A DNA stretch of 64,000 nt. Source: Octopus bimaculoides. Its lineage: Eukaryota. Position 1 is the first letter of the stretch. Every line of letters begins with the position of its first letter. The notes beneath the pieces are model-generated. The model made no database searches. It saw only the letters and a program-made list of their open reading frames with translations, and was not told where the DNA came from. Shown here piece after piece: positions 25,965-37,600 of this stretch. The stretch covers positions 33,288,894 to 33,352,893 of the forward strand of contig NC_068984.1 in assembly GCF_001194135.2 (NCBI RefSeq). The letters are read 5' to 3'. Position numbers and translations under genes: made by a program.

Positions 25965-26435
25965 TTCCAATCAACACCGACAGAACGACCCAGGCGAATC
26001 GACCAGACATAGTCAATAAAGACAGAAAATGAAATGCTTGAAGGCGAATAGATGTAAGTGTTCCAACTGGTGAAGATGTTTCTGTAAAGGAATTTGACAA
26101 TTGAAGTAAATGTAACGACCTGGAAATTGAAATACAAAAGTTGTGTCATCTAAAAGCGAGAACTGTTCCTTTTATAGTGGGTGCCCTTTGTATAAGAAAA
26201 GCATGTCACTAACATCTTAATAATATCCCAGGAGAACAATGTCACAGAGAATTTCAAAAGATTGCGTTGACAAGAACTGTCTACATCCTTAGCAAAAAAA
26301 CCTATCAATTTAAATGCATGTGTTGTATTATATGAAGATATTTCGCTACTGCCCCTGCCGCTTCCCCTCCACAAGCTGTTACTTATCATCCTTATTCGTC
26401 ACTCACTCTAGATGGCTGGGTGTGTTTCTCCGTCT
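25965..26435 (+). mobile_element. RLE-type non-LTR retrotransposon 3' end
   Basis: Reads DRTTQANRPDIVNKDRK...RIDVSVPTGEDVSVKEFDN*SKCNDLEIEIQKLCHLKARTVPFIVGAL...QKIALTRTVYIL. The 3' UTR runs into (TAG)n. Confidence 0.88.
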
Positions 26436-26436
26436 G

Positions 26437-26437
26437 A

Positions 26438-26506
<69 letters not shown>

Positions 26507-26687
26507 AAAGCATTCGGAGAAGCAGCAGTAGCAGAAGGAGAAGAAGAAGAAGAAGAAGAAGAAGNNNNNNNNNNGAGGAGGAGGAGGAGGAGGAGGGTAA
26601 GAAGAAGAAGAAGAAGAAGACGAAGAAGAAGAAGAAGAAGAAGAAGAAGAAGAAGAAGAAGAAGAAGAAGAAGAAGAAGAAGAAGAA
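26437..26687. repeat. Compound trinucleotide array (TAG)n / (AGC) / (AAG)n / (GAG)n / (AAG)n
   Basis: Directly visible. Confidence 0.95.
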
Positions 26688-26829
26688 ATATTTGTTACGC
26701 CTGAAAATATATCTAAATGCTTAAGCTTTTGTTTCGGAAACCTGCGTATTAGGTGGTGGTCAACAATTCTGGCTTAAAAATATGACAGAGAAAACATTTT
26801 TTAATATACAACGACAGAGAAACGAGGTG

Positions 26830-27010
26830 AAGTCGGTATTTATAGACCTATTAGAAGCTTACCATTGCTTTGAGAAATATTAACTGAGATCGGAACAGAT
26901 GAATTGTGTAGCATTCTGGAGAAAAATATATTACCAGAAGAGCAAAACAGATGATGAAAGTTGAGAGGAAGCTACCGATCTCTTCTATATCGATATAATG
27001 ATATTAAGCT
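26830..27010 (+). mobile_element. Non-LTR RT N-terminal fragment (RLE clade-like)
   Basis: Reads IYRPIRSLPLL*EILTEI...SILEKNILPEEQ, resembling YRPITCLP..WK.LT.I...NILPEEQKG. Confidence 0.65.
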
Positions 27011-27155
27011 CACTTAATAACATTCTTATTTCTAGCTCACAAATAAGGAAGGACTGTTGGTTAGATATAATACGAGGAAACCTACGACAATATTTCATAT
27101 TAGTATTCCTTAAGGCTTTTCTAGAACACTCGAGGCCAATGAAACAAATAAGTCA

Positions 27156-27157
<2 letters not shown>

Positions 27158-27228
<71 letters not shown>
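27158..27228. repeat. (ATCT)n array
   Basis: Directly visible. Confidence 0.95.
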
Positions 27229-27579
27229 ACTCTCTCTCTCTCTCTTACTCTGTGTTTGTGTGTGTGTTATACATACATACATACATACATATACATATAT
27301 NNNNNNNNNNNNNNNNNNNNNNNNNNNNNNNNNNNNNNNNNNNNNNNNNNNNNNNNNNNNNNNNNNNNNNNNNNNNNNNNNNNNNNNNNNNNNNNNNNNN
27401 NNNNNNNNNNNNNNNNNNNNNNNNNNNNNNNNNNNNNNNNNNNNNNNNNNNNNNNNNNNNNNNNNNNNNNNTATATATATATATATGTATATAGTCACTA
27501 AAGTGATGGAGGGTGCTACTAGGCACCAGCATTGCTAGTGATGAGAGTCAAATCAACTCTTAGCTACATGGGAGATCAT

Positions 27580-28500
27580 TTTCTAACGACTCCCAAGAGG
27601 GACAAGCTCCTCCCTACGACAAGTGGATGATGGTATATAGCAGGTGGTTGCTATTGTTGATGCTGTTCCTGATGTTGTTGGTGTATGTTGTATGCGTGTA
27701 TTGTTGAGAAACCTTCGCCCACTGCGTTAACCATTCTAATTCCGAACACCCTTCGACCATGGTAGAGAGGAATGAGAATAACTTCGTTATTTTTAGAGTT
27801 GCTGTAGAGTAACGTATTGCCTCTTCTTCTGAGGTGAACCTCTCCTCGACGGTCACATATTTATTACCCCTGGCTACATAGGTTTTGATTTTCCGCACTG
27901 GTAGTAGGGATTACTTTAACTGTATTGTCTGCTCCACGTTCCTACTTCTCGCTTCAATTGTTTTATACAGAAGTGTCGCACATTAATTTCTTGCTTTTTA
28001 GGAATGTTTAGTGCTATATTTCTGCCACATTTTTCCAGCATGCATTTTGCAGTTTTGAACACGTTTTAATCTAAGAAAATATTTTCATTTAGCTGTCGGT
28101 TTGCTTGACCAGGCGAAACTGTTCGGAATGGAGTTGCATGTTTCAATTTCGTTTTGTCGTTTTCGTTGATTGTGTTGATGCTAGTGGTGGTGTTGGAGCT
28201 GTTGCTGGCACCAGGCGTGGTTGTGGAGATGGCAGTGTTTTCGTTTGTGTTTTTGCTTTTTATCATTTTCTTTTGTTCCTGAGATGGTTTGGCTGTTCTT
28301 TCATCAGCTTGCTGCGTTAACAACAGCAACAATAATAATACTAACTCAGATGACAATTTTCGTTCGCCATCTTTGATTTTAGTAAAAAATTAGGTGGGGT
28401 CTTGTCCCAAGCAAATACCAAACTTGTACCTGTGGACTATAAATGGAGAAGAACTAACCAGCTCTCCAAGGTCCTGGTTTGTATAACAACGTAAAAATAA
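27580..28500 (-). mobile_element. Probable 5' UTR plus decayed ORF1 (gag-like) of a LINE, possibly Tx1/L1-like
   Basis: Broken minus-strand frames give a T/S/N-rich N-terminus and KTYVARGNKYVTVEERFTSEEEAIRYSTATLK, preceded by a T-rich leader. The family assignment is inference. Confidence 0.4.
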
Positions 28501-28599
28501 AAATAACGAAAATACAATGTATAATAATGTGTAGCAAAATGAATAACAGCAAAACTTATGGAGAGATGTGCTACACGTGTCAATAGACAAACAATAATA

Positions 28600-28900
28600 A
28601 TAATGATTAATTCTTTTATTGGCCACAAGGGCTTACATTGAACAACATAGAAGGATATAACAGCACGATACAACGGGTTTCAAAGATATCTAATCAAGAG
28701 TTCAAGAGCCCTTCTTTTATTTTTCACAGGCGCATGCTCAAAATGGATCTTTTCATACTGGCAATTTTCCGACAACTACCCACTTTTCAACAAAGTTGCA
28801 AGAAGACAAAGCTTTCCTCTCCATTCTCATTTAATTTTCAAGTGAAATTTGAAAAAGTTTGGTTTATCCATTCAAAACAGATTAGGTAGTATTTATACAT
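28600..28900 (-). mobile_element. LINE 3' end (Tx1/L1-like)
   Basis: The minus strand reads ...MRMERKALSSCNFVEKWVVVGK..., then a UTR ending TGTAAGCCCTTGTGGCCAATAAAAGAATT next to (ATT)n. Confidence 0.5.
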
Positions 28901-28934
28901 ATAGTTGAAGTGGACAAGGTGCACCACATTTGCT

Positions 28935-29305
28935 ATATAATTGATGTTGCATGGTATATAATCAATAATGCATGCCTCTTTGACCTATGGATAGTCAAGT
29001 GGAAGACGAAAAGAAAGATACAACCCTCTTAAGTAAAAAATAGCCCTGCTATGGAAAATGAAGAAGATGTAAATAGTGCTAATTTTTGTTAGGTTCTTGG
29101 GAACAGTATCAGAAGATATCAAGGGGAATATACAGGAAATTGGAATAGAGTGCCCAGTAGAAGTGTTACAAAAGGTTTGCCTCCTTGGCATGGCCAGGGA
29201 AATGAAGAAAGTATTAGATAGCTAAAAAGAACGAAGAGATGCTACCGTAGTCCCGCTACGTATGCAAGACTCCAGAAGCTCCAACAAAACCAGTGATAAA
29301 GAGAT
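28935..29305 (+). mobile_element. RLE-type non-LTR retrotransposon 3' end
   Basis: Reads IIDVAW...KERYNPLK*KIALLWKMKKM*IVLIFVRFLGTVSEDIKGNIQEIGIECPVEVLQKVCLLGMAREMKKVLDS*. The 3' UTR runs into (GAT)n. Confidence 0.8.
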
Positions 29306-29771
29306 GATGGCTATGATGATGATGATGATGATGATAATGATGGTGGTGNNNNNNNNNNNNNNNNNNNNNNNNNNNNNNNNNNNNNNNNNNNNNNNNNNNN
29401 NNNNNNNNNNNNNNNNNNNNNNNNNNNNNNNNNNNNNNNNNNNNNNNNNNNNNNNNNNNNNNNNNNNNNNNNNNNNNNNNNNNNNNNNNNNNNNNNNNNN
29501 NNNNNNNNNNNNNNNNNNNNNNNNNNNNNNNNNNNNNNNNNNNNNNNNNNNNNNNNNNNNNNNNNNNNNNNNNNNNNNNNNNNNNNNNNNNNNNNNNNNN
29601 NNNNNNNNNNNNNNNNNNNNNNNNNNNNNNNNNNNNNNNNNNNNNNNNNNNNNNNNNNNNNNNNNNNNNNNNNNNNNNNNNNNNNNNNNNNNNNNNNNNN
29701 NNNNNNNNNNNNNNNNNGGGGTGGTAGTGGTGGGGATGGTGGTGGTGGTGGTGGTGGTGATGATGAGGATG

Positions 29772-29804
<33 letters not shown>

Positions 29805-29814
29805 CTGATGATGA

Positions 29815-30000
29815 TGATCATAAGAAGAGAGACAAATACGGTCAGATCATTGATGTAGCCATACCAACTGACATGAATGTTGTAGGTAAAGAGGTTGAAA
29901 AAATCACCAATTACTCCGAATTAAAAGTGGAAATGGCAAGATTGTATGGAATACGAGCGGGTAATGTAAAAGTGATACCAGTGGTGATCGGGGCAACAGC
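29815..30000 (+). mobile_element. RLE-type non-LTR retrotransposon fragment
   Basis: Reads DHKKRDKYGQIIDVAIPTDMNVVGKEVEKITNYSELKVEMARLYGIRAGNVKVIPVVIGA. It starts directly after (GAT)n and ends in AAC/AAT repeats. Confidence 0.85.
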
Positions 30001-30099
30001 AACAATAATAATAACAATAAAGATAATAATATTAATGTTTTGAAACTTCGGTACAAGGCCAGCTGTTTCGAGGAAATGGGTAAATTGATTACATTGACC

Positions 30100-30231
30100 T
30101 TAGTATAAGTACTTCAATGATATTTATTTTATCAGCCATGAAATGATGGAATTTGAACTCACAACATAAATCAGGACGAAATGCCACTAAGCATTTTGCC
30201 TGGCGTGCAAACGACCCTGGCAGCTCACTGC
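30100..30231 (-). mobile_element. SINE family A copy (5' part)
   Basis: GAATTTGAACTCACAAC...GACGAAATGCCACTAAGCATTTTGCCTGGCGTGCAAACGACCCTGGCAGCTCAC. Confidence 0.75.
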
Positions 30232-30288
30232 GTTCATAACAACAACAACGACGACGACGACGTCGACAACGGTGAAGACGACGATGAA

Positions 30289-30347
<59 letters not shown>

Positions 30348-31936
30348 CTTATGGTGATGGTGATGTTGAGAAGGGAAATATTATTACGGAGGTGAAGAAG
30401 AAAGACGAAGGAATCCATCAAAATTATAATGGTAGCGAATATAACGGTAGCAGCAACATCAACAACAATACGGCTACTACTAACAATAACAATAATAAGA
30501 AATAAATAAATAAGAAATAAATAAGAAATAAATATGAGAAAATCGAAAGAATATTCTTATATTGTATGATACAATTTGAATAGTAGCGCAATATCCTTTT
30601 GTGCGATTCGTTATATTCCCTCAGGCGCAATTTACTTCACATTTATATCAGTAGCAGATATCTAAATTCTCAGTAATCGTTTATTCCTTAAATGGAATGT
30701 CTTTCATTCCCAACTTGTTTGACAGATTTACTTTTTTTTTTCTTTCTTCTCAAACTGAAGTAAAGGAGTAGCCTTCGGCATCGAATAAGTCAAAGGCAGT
30801 TAAGCCCCCCCCCCGCCGCACACCTTAAACACTGTTACTAATTCTTTCTTTAGCTATATTTGTTTAAATGGAATCCTTCACGAGGTACAAAAAAAAAAAA
30901 AAGAAAATAAGAAGCAAAATGAGGAAAGTGACGCCTTCGCCAGTTATAGAAAACACTGACCTAAGAAATAGAGACGAAAAGATAATCAATACTTCATTTG
31001 ACGAATACGCCATGACAAAGTGTTACTTTCTACAATGAACATGAACATTGAATCGCAACCTCCAATCCACCCTATCATATGAAATACTGTCATATTCTGT
31101 TAAAAACAATAAAATGAAATAAAGTCAAATATATGCACTTCCATTATCCACCAGGGATATATGGTGACAAAACGACCAGGTTTATTGTACCAAAAACAAA
31201 ACAAAGAAAAAATAATAGCAATAATATGCCAAAGCATTACTATATATCAGGATTCCATGTCGATTGTGTTATGTCACGGTAATGTGCATATCTATCCGAA
31301 TGCATGGCTATATATAAAAAAAAAATTACTAACGTACGTATAATAATTGATTTGCCACATATTTTTCTGTATTTTGATATTTGTAGGTTCCTTTCTTTGG
31401 TATAGTTTTATTGGTTCGCTTCAGCTTACAGTCACATTGATATATTAACCTTTCTTTACAGTCACAAGTTAAAACATTAAACAGGTGAACATTTTTACCA
31501 AAATTAAAAAAAAAAAACCTTCAGATACAATCATTGTGCCTCGCAGTTGAAAGAAATAATAAATGAATCGGGTATTAAAATGGTTGCAAAATTATGTATT
31601 TTATAAATAATTTATGGAGTGAAATACAATTTTGCTCTGAAAAATATGATAATGTGGGTACAATACTTGAAGGTGTACTACCCAAATATTTAGTCCTCAC
31701 TTTCATATACTCCTAAGCCTGAATTATTTGAATTAGTATTTTACTGGCGTAGAACATTGCTACTTTTCTCTGTATTTGTCACCAATTGAATAGTTTGCGA
31801 TACGAATTCGCTGACATAGAACGTAACTAGTTTCCTTAAAATTTATTATCTATTTTGTAGATTGGGACTACAAAGAGAAATACATTATTAGTCAAGCGTG
31901 GAGTATATAGATAATAATTTCTCCATTTCTTTCCAG

Positions 31937-32082
31937 TTGAAAGGAGTTTAAAAGTTAATGAAAAGGCTACGGTGGAGAGGAATGCAACAGAGAAAAATCT
32001 TGATTCTACGAGTGTATCTCTTCTAATTATACAGAGTAGCATTTCTGAGACTTCGACAGAAAACAAATTAGAAACATTGTGA
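31937..32082 (+). CDS. Candidate terminal coding exon (phase 1): ERSLKVNEKATVERNATEKNLDSTSVSLLIIQSSISETSTENKLETL*
   Basis: Strong acceptor tttctccatttctttccag|31937 with an in-frame stop just upstream in the intron. The 47 open codons are S/T/E/K-rich. AATAAA motifs lie downstream near 32460-32480. Confidence 0.33.
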
Positions 32083-33275
32083 TTTGTACCCTGGTGCAGC
32101 AAAATGTAGACGTGTAGAAGAGCCTCTACAATGACTGCTAAAATTTAGCTTCTAATATAAAATGAAATGCATTTTCATCCTTCACTGTCTGCAAGATTAA
32201 AGGCGGGAGTAAAAACGTTTATCCGTTATACTTTATTTAGAAAATATGAAGTTTCTGAAACAAGGCGACACAATCATTCAAAGAGACTTTTTCCTTAAAA
32301 TATGTTATTAAGACTAAATCTGTTCATTTCTAGCACGGCTGTATAGCGTTTTTCCTCTCGTTGTCATCGCGTTTTTCTTAACGAGGTAACTGGCGGGTAA
32401 ATATGATATTTCAACATTTTTTCTAGTTTGCGCGCTTATTGGTGGGAAAATAGTTAACAAATAAATAAAAAGAATAAATATGAAAAATGACAATTGAATA
32501 AGGCGATAAATAAATAACGAAATTTACTTCAATGAAAAAAATATAATGGCTAATTTCATCAGATATCAAATAAGATTAAATTCTATAATTCCATGATATT
32601 TAAGTCTGCATGACATTATTGCAGTGAAGAAGCTATTTAGATACATTGAAATAAAATATAGAGAGAAAATCAGTTATTGAATGAAGAGATATTTCTAATA
32701 AAATATTAACTATTATTCTTGTCAGAAGGGAAAAAAAGTATTTTCGTTTTAAATCCTATTTCGGGAAATCAACAAAGTTAGATATGAATGTGATAGGAAG
32801 AAGTTTACATTATTCATAAATAATCACACCTTTCCTCAGTGAGCCAGCAATTGCGCGCCCGCTCACACATGCATACATGCATATAAAATATGAACTGTCA
32901 ATAATATATAAACACACATTTATACATATATTGAATATACACACACTTTTTTATTCTTGACAATTTACAGAGATATAAAATATATTACCAGATAATGAAT
33001 TAAACACACACGCACACACACAAACACACACACACATATTAAAGAGAGAAACATTTGAGTTCATTTATTTGTATACTTATACTATACGCAAATATTTATC
33101 ACGAGAGCTTATAAACGAATGTAAATTAGCATATATAGATACATTCGTGCCAGACAGTAGAATTCCTTCGTCGGTGCTCGAGATGAATCATAAGCTTCAA
33201 ATGAGTGAATATTCTTTGCTAAATGTGTTTACGGCATTTCTTCTATTTCTTTGCCTAAAAAGCACACAAACGCAT

Positions 33276-33312
<37 letters not shown>

Positions 33313-33384
33313 GAAATACACGCCCGCGCGCCCACCGCACACAAACACACAAGCACATTTGATAGCCGCTCTATTCTCTCCTAG

Positions 33385-33617
33385 ATATAGATATGCAACC
33401 GTCCATTCGTTCCATCAATTTGGAGAACCTATTCATTGAATCAGTATACAACAGGGTTGAATTTTCTACGGACGCGTATAACCATAATGGAATTCTCAAA
33501 CAGAATAGCGTACCTCCAACGGCCTTAGAAACCGTTTCACTTACATATACATTCAAAAGTTTTCTGTTGAACGGAGACCATAAAAAGTCGAGAATATCAA
33601 GATGTGTCGAACGCTAG
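33385..33617 (+). CDS. Candidate terminal coding exon (phase 1): (D)IDMQPSIRSINLENLFIESVYNRVEF...RISRCVER*
   Basis: Acceptor ctctattctctcctag|33385 and an open frame of about 77 codons. A competing 69-nt minus-strand exon candidate overlaps it. Confidence 0.2.
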
Positions 33618-34615
33618 AATATTTGCAAAGTGAAAGCGTTCAGACAAGTTTGAATATTTGTCTGTATGAGTGCGTATATGCACGTGTGTAGGTACGTGCG
33701 TTTATATGTGCACGCGCATGTGTGTATGTGCGTTTATGCGTTTGTGCGTGACGCATGTGTATGCATGTGTATGAGTATGTATATATGTGTGTTATTACGT
33801 GTCTTCCTGCGTTGTTTCTCAGAATATAAGAATGAATTTATTTTGTATGCATAAATACATACTTCCAAAATAGGTAATGCCATAGTCATGCTTACATATA
33901 TACGATAATTCAGCGAAAGGATATGTATCAATTTGTATGGTATATAGAATATTAATAGAATACATAAGCAATATTGAGTATTTATTCTTTAAATTTTAGT
34001 TTTGCATAGAATTACCGGTCTTAATAGAAAAATTAAAACTATGAAATATTTCATCTGTATATATTTTTTTATAATCAGTATTATTTCATTTTAATTACTT
34101 ATTTGGATCCAGCTACCAAAGTGCGCAATTTGCAATTTTTTTTTTTTTTTCCAGTCGATCAAGTTGACCCGACAATTTACTCCTATGTGGTATTTATATA
34201 ATACTTCTATAATTATAGAGTCGCTACATTAGTTTTGGACACGACATAAGTTTAACGTCGATTTTGTATTAAATACTAACCTCCACAAACATTAGCACAC
34301 TGAAGATAACCGCGCATGCATATCTACGTACATAAAATACACTGCTTTATTTTGAGCTTGCTAGTGTTAACAATACTCGCAAATAAAATACAGACTGGAG
34401 ATGTACTGCTCCAAGTGGGCCTATATTCCACTTAATAATTTCAATGGAGGCAATACAAGCGGAAACTAGAGTAACATAATTAATAACCACATTCGAAAAT
34501 CAAATACATACATATATTCTTCTGAATTTATAAAAAGGAAATAAAAATTCCAAATATATAAATATAAAGATACATATAAATAGATAGATAAATAGCGATG
34601 TGATACATAAAACAC

Positions 34616-34666
<51 letters not shown>

Positions 34667-34687
34667 TGCACGCACACACACACACAC

Positions 34688-34733
<46 letters not shown>

Positions 34734-34735
<2 letters not shown>

Positions 34736-34780
34736 GTGGCAGAGATACCTGGCGTTGCTCGGGATTAACATGTCATAATT
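34734..34780 (-). mobile_element. Helitron 3'-terminal fragment (same family as 58762-61043)
   Basis: GCAGAGATACCTGGCGTTGCTCGGGA closely resembles GCAGAGGCACCCGGCGTAGCTCGGGA at 58765. Confidence 0.6.
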
Positions 34781-34792
34781 TTTTTTTTTTTT

Positions 34793-35198
34793 TACTTGTT
34801 TCAGTCATGTAACTGGGATCATGCTGGTGTACCTCTTTTAGTCGAACAAATAGACAGCAGGATATATTTTTGTAAGCCTAGTACTTATTCTATCAGTGAC
34901 TTTAGCCGAATTGCTGTGTTACGGGGACGCAAACACAGCAACATCGAATTGAGGGGGAGAAAAACAGATACAAATACACACATAAATATATAAATATATA
35001 TACATATACATGTATGTATATATAGTTATATAGGACAGATTCCTTTCAGTTTCGGTCAGCCAATCCACTGATATGGATTTAGTCAGTCAGCCCAAGGCTA
35101 TTGTACAAGACGCTTGTCCAAGGTGCCACGCAGTAGGACTCAACCCGGAACCATGTGGTTGTGAAGCCAGTGTCTTAGCACACACCCATTCCCGCTCC
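34793..35198 (-). mobile_element. tRNA-headed SINE family B with internal (CA/TA) microsatellite
   Basis: Collinear with 61521-61936: TTTTACTTGTTTCAGTCA...AAGCCTAGTACTTATTCTATC...CAAGGTGCCACGCAGTAGGACTCAACCCGGAACCATGTGG. The reverse complement of the right end has box A/B-like motifs. Confidence 0.85.
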
Positions 35199-35630
35199 TA
35201 TATATATATATATATATATATATNNNNNNNNNNNNNNNNNNNNNNNNNNNNNNNNNNNNNNNNNNNNNNNNNNNNNNNNNNNNNNNNNNNNNNNNNNNNN
35301 NNNNNNNNNNNNNNNNNNNNNNNNNNNNNNNNNNNNNNNNNNNNNNNNNNNNNNNNNNNNNNNNNNNNNNNNNNNNNNNNNNNNNNNNNNNNNNNNNNNN
35401 NNNNNNNNNNNNNNNNNNNNNNNNNNNNNNNNNNNNNNNNNNNNNNNNNNNNNNNNNNNNNNNNNNNNNNNNNNNNNNNNNNNNNNNNNNNNNNNNNNNN
35501 NNNNNNNNNNNNNNNNNNNNNNNNNNNNNNNNNNNNNNNNNNNNNNNNNNNNNNNNNNNNATATATATATATATATATATATTCACATATATATAGATAT
35601 ATTTATGCACGTATATACAGAGGGAATAAA

Positions 35631-35770
35631 ACGGCGAGCTGGCAGAATGCAAAGGCAAAATTGTTAGCGCATTTCGTCCTTTACGTTTTGATATCAAATT
35701 TCTACGAGGCTGATTTTTGCCCTTCATCCATTCGGGGTCGTTACAATAAACACAAGTTGAGCGCTAGGGT
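35631..35770 (+). mobile_element. SINE family A copy
   Basis: GGCGAGCTGGCAGAATG...GTTAGCGCATTTCGTCC...TCAAATTTCTACGAGGCTGA...TTCATCCATTCGGGGTCG. Confidence 0.8.
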
Positions 35771-36201
35771 TCGACATTCTCTATTTCGCTCTTATTTCTT
35801 GTTATATCATTCTACGATGTTCTCTTCTATAGCTAGTAGATAACTTTGTGCCATTCACTGTGATGGTCTTGAATTTAGACTTGGCTCATTTGTAAAACCT
35901 GATCCTGTCATTTTTTCATGTCTTACAATAGCCTTAGATAACCTGAATCAACAAGTATGCTGAATGCAATGTTAGAATTATGTAGAATTTTGTAGAATTA
36001 TGTAGACTCTAAGCTGATTCACTTGTAGAAAATCAGTTTTAGAGACCAGTTGGAGGCCAGGTAGGATAATCAAAGTTTCTCCTATAGAGTACATGAAAAG
36101 CATAATTCACAATTTTAGCCAGTCATAGATGGCGATTAAAAGTGAATGCAGATGATATAAACAGTCCACAAAATGTGAAGAGGGGCACATATATAACATA
36201 T

Positions 36202-36255
<54 letters not shown>

Positions 36256-36599
36256 TACATACTTACATACATATATAGATGTATATATAGATAGATATAG
36301 ATATATACCATATATATACATATATATTTGTGTGTGTGTGCTTACTTACTCATACATACACATACACGCACATACAAATACACACACATGCATACAGACA
36401 CACACACACATACACACGCACCCCCCCCACACACATATATATGATGGACTCTTCCATCGATTTCGACGCATGAGAATTACAGGTTAGTGTACGTGGTATA
36501 TTTGCAGCTGCTTTTGCTCTTTGCTTTGCACCCCGAAGCCTGTTAATGCTAGTTGCATCAAAGTTTCTAATACCATTTTGATGCTATAATCTCCATTTT

Positions 36600-37600
36600 T
36601 CTCACTCCAGAGGTGTTCGATCAGAATTGTTGTGAGCTATCTTCAATTTAAGCTGTGTCCATGAGGACTTTGGGTATGCTTCGTCACTCATTCTGACGAC
36701 ATGACCAGCATAGCGAAATTGTGGTTGCATAAAGAAGCTCTTGATTCTACCAATATTACACTTGTTAAACAGGTTGGCATTAGACACTCTGTCTTTTAGT
36801 GAGTAACCGAAAATCGTCCTCAGATAGCCTTTGTGGAAGTTGTCTAGTTGGTTAATGTGTCGTCTATAAGGTATCCACGATTCTGAGCCATACAACAGAG
36901 TAGTAAGAATGGCAGATTTATAGACCTGTATTTTGGTATCAGGGTTGATGCTCCCTTTCATTCCATAGGCGATGACGGTGTTTGCCAAATGCGTTGGTTG
37001 CCTTTGCAAGATGGTTGACGATTCCTCATCAAGGGAACCGCTCGAATTCACTTTATTGCCAAGATATGTAAATGACTTCACTCCAAAGGTTTTACCCATA
37101 AACTTGTATAGGTGTGTCAAGAAAATTGTCAACCGGTGGCCACTGCTTGAAGCCTCGGATTTGTTTAGGAGTAGGGCAAGGTTTATGGATTACTTCCGTC
37201 TTCTTTATGCTGATGGTCAAACCAAAGTCTTTACATGCAGAAGAAAACTGGTCTAGAAGTTACTGAGCTTCCTCTAAAGAGGTCGCTATTAGTGCAGCAC
37301 CATCTTTAAAAATTAAATTACGAATGATACTTTTGCGTAGCTGTGCTCAGTCTTTCAAACGCTGATGATGGAATAGTCCGCCAATTGTTCGAAACTGGAA
37401 CTTGACACCACTTTGGATGTTACTAAAATCATGCCTCAGTATCACTGAAAAGAAAAGGCCAAACAAAACAGCGGCCATAATACAATCTTGCTTTATGCCG
37501 TTACTAGCGTCGAAGAAAGTCGAAGATTCCCCACTGGACACGACAATAGCCTTCATTACCTCATGAAAGAGATAACATTCATCATCTTACCATGTTTACC
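36600..37600 (-). mobile_element. RTE-clade (BovB-like) LINE, decayed RT and C-terminus
   Basis: Reads NGIKQDCIMAAVLFGLFFS (GVKQGC..AP.LF motif), then IRNLIFKDGAALIATSLEEAQ*LLDQFSSACKDFGLTISIKKTEV (degenerate FADD). It continues FTYLG...TKIQVYKSAILTTLLYGSESW...QLDNFH...QFRYAGHVVRMSD. Confidence 0.93.

Noticed and set aside
31385-31447. SFLWYSFIG, resembling an SLC5 transporter transmembrane motif
   Set aside because: The frame stops 11 codons later, the preceding residue and phase do not fit, and no other SLC5 exon is visible.
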